Positions 55,292-64,000 of a DNA stretch of 64,000 nt are shown piece after piece (position 1 is the first letter of the stretch; each line of letters opens with the position of its first letter). Source of the stretch: Savitreella phatthalungensis (Eukaryota); assembly GCA_051599415.1 (NCBI GenBank), contig AP039689.1, forward strand, positions 186,001-250,000, in the 5' to 3' direction. The position numbers and the translations under genes are program-made. The notes below the pieces were generated by a model. That model worked only from the letters and a program-made list of their open reading frames with translations, was not told where the DNA came from and searched no databases.

Positions 55292-56257
55292 ATGCCAAAG
55301 GACAAGCCTTTGTCGGTCAATCCGGCCCTGGCCTACCATAAGAAGGCTAAGGACAATAGTATCCGGAAGGCACGAGCTGAGAAGACGAGGTTACGGGATG
55401 AAAAACTTGTTCATCGGCGTCCGACACATGTACAGCGCCAGATCGACGATCTGAAGAAGCTCGCAGAAAACAGCACACTTTCGAAATCAGATGAAAAACG
55501 TCTCGCAAATCTCGAACAGGACCTGAAGCGCATCACTCAGCTTCAAGGCAGCAATGGCAAGCAGGATCGCCCGAATCAACAACCACAAACGAGGGAAAGA
55601 AGCCGACGGAAACAAAAACATTCGGCACGTCTTCCTGCGGATCCGACCAGGTCGGTATTTTATGATCCGGTGTACAATCCATACGGTGCTCCTCCGCCTG
55701 GAGAGAAACAGCGGTGGAAGGACGATCCAGAGGATATCGATGCCAGTGTCGAAGACGATTCTTCCGATGTCGAGTACATTCCATTTCCGCCTGGCACCCC
55801 ACCCCCGGCACCAGCCCATGCAACGACCATTTCACAGTCGCGTGCGCAGTCGCAGAGGCCTGCCAATGACACCGTCAAAGAGCCAGTGACGGCTCCTGTG
55901 GCTCCGGTCAGAACATCATACGCAGCCGCACCAGCACTGCGAGACTTGAGGTCAGAAGCAACCACTTTTGTTCCTCAAAGCCTGAAACGAACGATTGCAA
56001 AGATCGAGACGCCGAACACGCTTGTCGTCGAGCATGAAGATAATGCCAAAGATCCAGACTCAGAGAGAAAAGTGGAACAAGTGCAGCCGCCCGACTCACC
56101 ACAGCATACGACCGAGGCTGAGCTGAGAGCTACAGACTACGTCATTCGTCCCTCAGAGCATGAGCCTGAGCTCTCGGCAGTACCGAACGATCTAGCAGTC
56201 CAAGAATCGTCTGCTCCACCGCCGAAGCGCGCTCGCCGTATCAACATTGCGCCTTGA
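55292..56257 (+). CDS. WW-domain-binding protein 11 (Wbp11/Saf1)-like splicing factor
   Basis: NPALAYHKKAKDNSIRKARAEK N-terminus, SVFYDPVYNPYGAPPPG, IPFPPGTPP, SYAAAPALRDLRSEATTFVP. Confidence 0.8.
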   Translation: MPKDKPLSVNPALAYHKKAKDNSIRKARAEKTRLRDEKLVHRRPTHVQRQIDDLKKLAENSTLSKSDEKRLANLEQDLKRITQLQGSNGKQDRPNQQPQTRERSRRKQKHSARLPADPTRSVFYDPVYNPYGAPPPGEKQRWKDDPEDIDASVEDDSSDVEYIPFPPGTPPPAPAHATTISQSRAQSQRPANDTVKEPVTAPVAPVRTSYAAAPALRDLRSEATTFVPQSLKRTIAKIETPNTLVVEHEDNAKDPDSERKVEQVQPPDSPQHTTEAELRATDYVIRPSEHEPELSAVPNDLAVQESSAPPPKRARRINIAP

Positions 56258-56464
56258 GTGTAATCTCCAAGAACAGAACATTCAAGCTTTCTCTCGTGCT
56301 TACCCACGCACTGCATCCAAAAAGACACAGAAAATCACATGTTTGAATTGGACTGCATACATATGCACAACCGATCAAGCCTGAATGACATCACAAGCAC
56401 AACCGAGTACAAGGACGCAGTATTAGAGATAACACTCACTCACCGCAACACAGCTTGATCGACG

Positions 56465-57298
56465 ATGCCAGGCAAATCGAACTTAAAGATCAAAGTCTCT
56501 GTCGGCGGATCTAAAACTTCACTGCAGACTGCACATGTGAACGACGGTTCAAGACCGACACATGTGAAGAATGAGCACTTTGAGGGAGATGTGGTAGTAC
56601 GAGTCAAGAACTTCGACGGGATCGTACCTGACGGAGATAGCGTGCGGTCTTCTGACGAGACTTACTTCTCCTCGACGAGCGACACATCGAGCATGCAATT
56701 CCGCGGCATCTTCCATGGCAAGGATTTGACAGGAGACGATTTACTATTCGGCAACGATTTTGATGAGCCCATCAAAGATAGTCTGCCACCTGGCACATCG
56801 CTCGGTCTGAAAGCGATGACATGGATCGACCCGGCACTCGAGACAGATCTATACTGCGACAAACCCTGGGCTTTTTCCCCGCTCCTGGCAACGATGACGA
56901 CACTCAAGTCGTATAGTGAGGGCTCAGCTCCGGCATCTGGCTCTGCAGTGGGACGCGTGGACGAGGACACGAGCTCCCTGGTAGGCGAGAAGGTTGATGC
57001 AAAGACGCGGAGGTCCCATTTCGGCCACAAGGACAAACGCGCCCGCCACAAACTCGATGGTCTCACCCTCGAAGGCGACTTCTCCAACCCGTTCATCGAC
57101 TTCAACACGCTCTCGATCCAACTCCCTTACGTCGGACTACACATCAACATCCTCCAGTACTGGTCAGGCCAGCCGATCAGGTACGTCTGCAAGACAAGAG
57201 CCGGGGACGTCCTATTCTGCATCGTCTTCGAGCTGGTCGACGAGCACGGCAAGCAGCTAACAGAGGACACGATCAAGGAAGAGCAGGCTGCAGCATAG
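56465..57298 (+). CDS. DUF1769-like fungal protein
   Basis: FEGDVVVRVKNF, YF, DLLFGNDFDEPI, IDPALE.DLYCDKPW, RR.HF, DFSNPFIDF, YWSGQPIRYV. Confidence 0.8.
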   Translation: MPGKSNLKIKVSVGGSKTSLQTAHVNDGSRPTHVKNEHFEGDVVVRVKNFDGIVPDGDSVRSSDETYFSSTSDTSSMQFRGIFHGKDLTGDDLLFGNDFDEPIKDSLPPGTSLGLKAMTWIDPALETDLYCDKPWAFSPLLATMTTLKSYSEGSAPASGSAVGRVDEDTSSLVGEKVDAKTRRSHFGHKDKRARHKLDGLTLEGDFSNPFIDFNTLSIQLPYVGLHINILQYWSGQPIRYVCKTRAGDVLFCIVFELVDEHGKQLTEDTIKEEQAAA

Positions 57299-57409
57299 TT
57301 CCCCAGGCTATCAAGCAGGAATGCCATCACATGTGATTTAATGCTATGCAAGATAGATTGATGGAGAAATTGAAAGAGGAGTACTGCGTGTATGTATGTG
57401 CTTCGTGAC

Positions 57410-58651
<1,242 letters not shown>

Positions 58652-58784
58652 TCAATCAAGCACTCGGATCCCGCTCACGACGACCACTCGGTCCACCACA
58701 TACCACAAGGACAGGTCGCAGCACAACAAGTAACCCCAGGTGACAGTCAAAAGAAGCGATCGGTGTCTGGACGTTTCTCACATC

Positions 58785-59282
58785 ATGTCTCAGGCAGATC
58801 CATTGCGCAACTCTCTCTTCACCACCAGGTATGCCTTCTGCCAAACAAGCGCTCTACAGCGATCATGACTGACCTAGGTTGCGCTTTCAAGTGGTGCGCT
58901 GATTGACAGTGTGGACAAGAAGATGATGCTGGTGTTGCGTGACAACACGACGTTGTTTGGGGTGCTGCGGTCGTTTGACCAGTTTGGGAATCTGGTGCTG
59001 CAGGACAGCTACGAGCGGATCTACGTAGACGACTGCTACGCCGATATCCCGAAAGGCTTGTTCCTCATCCGGGGAGAGAACCTGGTGATGATGGGCGAGA
59101 TCGATCTCGACGACGAGGACGATATCCCACAGACAAAGATCTCACACGAAAAGGCACTCACAGCACTCGCAGACAGGTCAAACGCAAAGCTCAAGGATAA
59201 TGCAACAAAGAACAGCGTCATGCATAAGCTAGGCTTCGCTGCAGAGCTAGACGATCGACAGGACCTCTACCTGCTCCACTGA
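58785..59282 (+). CDS. LSM1: Sm-like protein Lsm1 (exons 58785-58828, 58892-59282)
   Basis: Spliced product reads FTTSGALIDSVDKKMMLVLRD...GVLRSFDQFGNLVL...IRGENLVMMGEIDLD. Intron GTATGC..ACTGAC..AAG. Confidence 0.94.
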
Positions 59283-59414
59283 CGATCGACGTCCGGAGGA
59301 AGAGATCGGAAGGTAATGACTTTGAGACGACCGATGTACAATGCCTGCGTAGATAAAAACACCTTTTGTCGAAACCCTGTGGTATAGTCTACAGTTGTAC
59401 GTGACATCGTCCGT

Positions 59415-60227
59415 TCAGGACGCCGGACTATCCGAATTTGAATTCTTGCGGAGAATGTGGCCGACCTCTGCAACGCCAGGCTGACCGCCTGCAGCAGTGC
59501 CGTGCTGAGCATCTCTAAGTGCATCATTGAATTCCCTCGCGCGAATGCCGTTCCTGTCTTGCTCGAGCTCCCTGAGTGTGTACGTGGGTGCGGCGTTGAA
59601 GGAAAGGATGGGCTGGAAGGACGATGCAAGCATACGGTCTAGCTCGGCTGCATTGGTGGCGAACCTGGCTGCGCGGTGGTGTACCTCGAGGAAAGCTGCC
59701 AGTCGAGACTCCCTCACGACCTCCTCCCTCGTCCGCCGGCCTGCAGCACGTCTCTCACGCCGAACATCCTTGTCCTCACCAGTCAGCGGCCACACATCAG
59801 CAAGTCGGCCATCCACCGCAGGCGTCGACAACCGCTCAGCCTCAGACACAGGCGCGTGAAGTGCAAGCTCACGAAGCTCAAACCCCTTCCGCTGGCGCTC
59901 AGCAGACGCAGCAGCCCGTCTAGGTCGATCGTCAATCCGATTCTGCAGGTGCAGAGCCATATACCCTCTCCGGCGTTCAGTCAGCTCCGCCTTCCACCGT
60001 CGCACTGCGTCCTTGTGCGTGTCAGCAGGCGGATGTGGCGTCGCTGGATTCCGAGCAGTCGTTGCAGGATCAGGAATGCGTGTCTTGTCTCGCGACGTCA
60101 CGTGTACCCGAGGCGGCAGAAATCCAGGAGCGTATCCTTGCTTCCCAGGGATGTAAGCAGACGTGGTGGAGTCTGTAGCTACTGCTGCTGCCCGCTTAGC
60201 AGCGAGTCTGCATGTCGTTGGACGCAT
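59415..60227 (-). CDS. Probable mitochondrial protein, resembles fungal mitoribosomal mS26/Pet12
   Basis: Basic presequence, WKAELTERRR and FLEVHHRAARFATNAAELD motifs, long charged helices. Family assignment is from memory. Confidence 0.6.
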   Translation of the reverse strand: MRPTTCRLAAKRAAAVATDSTTSAYIPGKQGYAPGFLPPRVHVTSRDKTRIPDPATTARNPATPHPPADTHKDAVRRWKAELTERRRGYMALHLQNRIDDRPRRAAASAERQRKGFELRELALHAPVSEAERLSTPAVDGRLADVWPLTGEDKDVRRERRAAGRRTREEVVRESRLAAFLEVHHRAARFATNAAELDRMLASSFQPILSFNAAPTYTLRELEQDRNGIRAREFNDALRDAQHGTAAGGQPGVAEVGHILRKNSNSDSPAS

Positions 60228-60692
60228 TGTAGAATGTCAACGTACCTAATGATGATGAGAACTCGAGGAACAGGCAGCGCTTTTAGAAGTGTAGGATGTA
60301 GAAGGAAGGTGGTTGATGCTCCCTCAGCAAATCTTTGTGAAGCTTTTTGTCGTCCATATGAACCCTATCAGCTGAAATCCGAATGGGAAATTGCTCCATC
60401 CTTGCATTCAGTCAATCGATCGAGCCAGATACACACATCCACACACATTCAACCATCGTCATCACACGAGAGAGACAAGCTCTTCCAAGAGACAGGGCTC
60501 TCTCTATAGTTGGATCTCTTCAGAGAGAGTAGCGGAAAGGCGCGGCGCTGCACAATGTCTGCGCGGTAACGTTGTCATTTCATTAGAGCGCGCACGCATA
60601 TCCCTGCACGAACGCCCGCCCGCACGCACTTACGCACTTGCGTACTAGCGCATTGAAAGCAAAGGCGCGCGCGCTTCGATATCTAGACCCAG

Positions 60693-61422
60693 ATGGAATC
60701 AATCAAAGCGGTAAGTATCACCATCAATCTTTACTTAATATGGCTGACATGAACTTTCCCTCTGCTAGATCTTCTGGAAGCCTTCGCCACAAGAGCAGGT
60801 ACGGACATGGCAGAGAACGCTGCGTGGGGAGATGCGCCAGATGGACAGACAGATCAATGGACTCTCCTCTTCGGAGCTCAAGACGAAGCGAGAGATCAAG
60901 GCGCTTGCGAAGAAAGGTGATGTGAAGAGCTGCAGGATGCTTGCAAGAGAACTCGTTCGAGCGAGAAAGCACGTGAATCGAATGCACGCCTCTAAGGCCA
61001 CCTTGAACTCTCTCTCCCTCCAACTGAACGAGCAGCTTGCGACAATCAAAATCACAGGTGCGTTGCAGAAATCGACGCTGATGATGAAGGAGGTCAATAC
61101 CCTCGTCAGGCTACCAGAGCTGACGAGAGTGATGGGACAGCTACAAATGGAGATGACAAAGGCAGGGATCATGGACGAGATGATGTCTGATGTATTGGAT
61201 ATCTCTGAGTTTGATGAGGAAGGCGAGGAGGAAGCTGACGAAGAAGTCGAGCGTGTTCTCGGGGAGATCACCGGTGAGAAGTTCTCTTCGGTTGGACCAA
61301 CGCCCAGTGGTCTGCCAGCTTCGAAAGCGGCAGCACAACAAGAACTCGAGGATGGGGAAGAAGAAGACGAGGACGCAAATTTGGAAGCGATGCGATCGAG
61401 ACTACAGGCTTTGAGGGAGTGA
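60693..61422 (+). CDS. VPS24: ESCRT-III subunit Vps24/CHMP3 (exons 60693-60710, 60769-61422)
   Basis: MESIKA|IFWKPSPQEQ..., LARELVRARK, KSTLMMKEVNTLVRLPEL, EMTKAGI, C-terminal MRSRLQALR (MIM1). Intron GTAAGT..GCTGAC..TAG. Confidence 0.95.
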
Positions 61423-62066
61423 GAGAGTATAAAAGTGTACTCCCTGCATTCGGAAAAATGTTAGATGTCTAGCTGGACTAAGGGTTCAGTCAATCTATGT
61501 GCTGTGGACAATGCTACCATCATACATAAGACTCAGGTACTGCTCTTACCAATGACCCCGATGCCTCCTCATGGACTTTGATCAATGAATGAATGAGTGA
61601 GTAGATGGATGAGAGCGTGAGCCGATGACTGACTGCACGAGTGACGAGTGACAGTGAACTTCAAGTAGGCAATTGTGTATACTGCATTATCTGAGAATAG
61701 AAATGAACTCTGATTGTGAGGAGGGGAGTTCTTAGGAAGTTGAAATGATTGAAATGAATTTACTATGCTTCGCCTCCACGATCAATTGCTCAATATCAAT
61801 CAATCAATCAATCATCCTTCTTCGCACGTGAATCCTATCCACGCAATCTCCACACTCACGTATATATGCGTATACATACATCACCTACTCAGACACATAC
61901 ATTACGCCTATACGAACAACCACAGTCTCTACGCTCAATTCCAAGCTCCAGTAGACCTCATCAAGAGCGCTCACGTCTTTCATTCCTCGTGTACAAGTGC
62001 TAAAGTTCCTCAGCTCCAGGCGCGCCACTTGGAAAGAGACATCAACCGAGCATCAACCGAGTGAGC

Positions 62067-64000
62067 ATGCGCTGCGCCTATGCAGCAAGCGCCGTCCTTC
62101 TGTCTCTCCTCACATCCCCGTCATCGGTATCTGCATATGTGCCTTCTTCCTCATTGGCGTCTGTAATAGCGCCGAATGCAGATGCGCTCCGATCCACCAC
62201 CAGTGGCACACTTTACTCCTCAGATGCAGCCGCAAGGCAGCGCGAGTTAGGACTCCTACAGAACAGGCCAGACCAGTGTCCACCATGCTTCAACTGCATG
62301 CTGCCCGCTTTCTCCTGCAAGCAATTCGGCAGCTGTAACCAGTATACCGGACTATGTGACTGTCCCGCAGGCTTCGGTGGCGACGACTGTCTGGTCCCAC
62401 TCTGTGGGTCCCTCGCACAAGGCCGCGACCGTCACAAACGCAAGGATGACGAGCCCTGTATTTGCGAAGACGGCTGGGACGGTATCAACTGTAACCTCTG
62501 CACCGCCAACAACGCTTGTAATCCACTCATGCCTGAAGGTGTCAACGGCACGTGCTACAAGGGTGGACTCGTCGTACACGAGAACTTCCAGATGTGCAAC
62601 GTCACAAATCGAAAGATTCTAGATCAGCTCAAGACGCAGATCCCGCAAGTCACCTTCTCCTGCGAGACCACTAACAACACCTGCAACTTTCAGTTCTGGA
62701 TCGACCAGCGTGAATCCTTCTATTGCGGCCTGCAGGATTGCTCCTTCGAACTCGACAGTCGTTATGATGCCAATATCACCAACTACAAGTGCAACAAGAT
62801 CCAGTGCTCCTGCATCCCAGATCGAATGCTATGTGGCGAAGAAGGCTCTATCGATATAACAGATTTCCTCGCAGAGGAAATCAAGGGCCCAGGCTCCTTC
62901 TCATGCTCGACAAAGGAGAAGTCCTGCCGTTTCGAGGAACCAGCGATGAACGAACTCATTAGTGATGTCTTCGGCGACCGATCCATCACTCTCGACTGTC
63001 ACTCAAGCGAGTGTCTGCACTACACCGAGGTGCCTGGCTACATTCGACCAGAGAAGCCCTCAAACACGAAGCTCGTCATCGGTAGCCTGGTCGGAGCATC
63101 AGTTCTTCTTGCAGGTCTCGGTACGGCACTATTCATTCTTGTGCGTCGTTCTCAGCGAAAGTCTGGCGTCGGAGCCATCAGCCTTCCGGAAGATCAGGAG
63201 GTTGCAGACATGCTTGGCAACCACACTCCGGCCACCTTGCAATTCCGCAGTCTCGGTTACTCTGTCGCCGACAAGGTCATTCTCGATGGCGTCCAAGGCA
63301 GTGTCGCACCTGGCGAGACGCTCGCCATCATGGGTGCCTCCGGTGCAGGCAAGACGTCCCTTCTAGATATTCTTGCTCGCAAGCACAAGAGCGGGCGCAA
63401 GTCCGGCGACGTTCTCGTCAATGGTCGAACCGTGCGCGACTCGGAATACCGTCATGTCATCGGTTTCGTCGACCAGGAAGATGCCCTCTTCTCCACCATG
63501 ACAGTCTACGAGACAGTCCTGAACTCTGCACTGCTTCGTCTGCCGCGTGACATGTCAGTACAGGCCAAGCAGGTCCGTGTCTACGAGACCCTTGCTGAGC
63601 TCGGCTTGCTCCATATCCAGGACTCTCTGATTGGCGAAGAGGGCAATCGCGGTATCTCCGGCGGAGAAAAGCGGCGTGTCAGCATCGCCTGTGAGCTCGT
63701 AACAAGCCCGTCCATCATCTTCCTCGACGAACCGACAAGTGGACTAGACTCCTACAATGCCTTCAACGTAATTGAATGTCTAGCCGGTCTGGCACGAACT
63801 TCGCGGAGAACAATCGTGATGACAATCCACCAGCCGCGTTCCGACATTGTCGCATGCTTCGACCAGCTGCTCCTCCTCGCTCAGGGACGCACAGTCTACT
63901 CTGGCCCGGCTCGAAGCTGTAACGACTACCTTCGGCTGATCGGTCTCGGCTGTCCAGAGGGCTACAATCTCGCAGACTATCTCATCGATCTGACCATGGC
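62067..64000 (+). CDS. ADP1: ABCG-type half transporter with N-terminal Cys-rich/EGF domain, 3'-partial; not in ORF track
   Basis: Signal peptide, CPPCFNC...CDCPAGFGGDDC, FQFWIDQRESFYC, TM helix, Walker A GASGAGKT, ISGGEKRRVSIA, FLDEPTSGLD, TIHQPR. Open to the window end. Confidence 0.95.
   Translation, partial: MRCAYAASAVLLSLLTSPSSVSAYVPSSSLASVIAPNADALRSTTSGTLYSSDAAARQRELGLLQNRPDQCPPCFNCMLPAFSCKQFGSCNQYTGLCDCPAGFGGDDCLVPLCGSLAQGRDRHKRKDDEPCICEDGWDGINCNLCTANNACNPLMPEGVNGTCYKGGLVVHENFQMCNVTNRKILDQLKTQIPQVTFSCETTNNTCNFQFWIDQRESFYCGLQDCSFELDSRYDANITNYKCNKIQCSCIPDRMLCGEEGSIDITDFLAEEIKGPGSFSCSTKEKSCRFEEPAMNELISDVFGDRSITLDCHSSECLHYTEVPGYIRPEKPSNTKLVIGSLVGASVLLAGLGTALFILVRRSQRKSGVGAISLPEDQEVADMLGNHTPATLQFRSLGYSVADKVILDGVQGSVAPGETLAIMGASGAGKTSLLDILARKHKSGRKSGDVLVNGRTVRDSEYRHVIGFVDQEDALFSTMTVYETVLNSALLRLPRDMSVQAKQVRVYETLAELGLLHIQDSLIGEEGNRGISGGEKRRVSIACELVTSPSIIFLDEPTSGLDSYNAFNVIECLAGLARTSRRTIVMTIHQPRSDIVACFDQLLLLAQGRTVYSGPARSCNDYLRLIGLGCPEGYNLADYLIDLTM

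Noticed and set aside
58875..58877. Proximal TAG acceptor in the LSM1 intron
   Set aside because: It is only about 5 nt from the branch A and out of frame; the AAG at 58889-58891 restores the conserved FTTSG.

Overview
This is a gene-dense, intron-poor eukaryotic window with about 35 protein-coding genes and short GT..CTRAC..AG introns (mostly 50-66 nt). It is almost certainly an ascomycete fungus. The compactness and protein style suggest Taphrinomycotina, but that is inference only. Most genes are conserved housekeeping genes: SLP1-like SUN protein, MSH6, NHX1, aldo-keto reductase, GSH2, elongase, HEM1, PRP17/CDC40, NBS1, LYR protein, delta-COP, SUR7/PalI, SAC1, NAA40-like GNAT, PIG-U, PNG1, TTI1, RPL41, MID1, promethin-like, MEF1, NPT1, RPS11, SmE, CREG-like, WBP11, DUF1769-like, LYS12, LSM1, mS26-like, VPS24 and a partial ADP1. 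RPL41, SmE and ADP1 are absent from the ORF track, and several spliced genes were reconstructed by hand. I found no tRNA, rRNA, CRISPR array or intact transposon, and no obvious novel multi-gene system. The best leads are: (1) the RPL41 locus, with a structured leader and an overlapping acidic alternative ORF; (2) a candidate orphan intronic C/D snoRNA at the left edge; (3) a Kex2-site-rich secreted S/T protein; (4) a dual-TATA/dual-ATG aldo-keto reductase; (5) an in-frame retainable intron in the CREG-like gene; (6) an LEA-like/promethin lipid-droplet protein. Protein identities come from motif recognition, not database searches.
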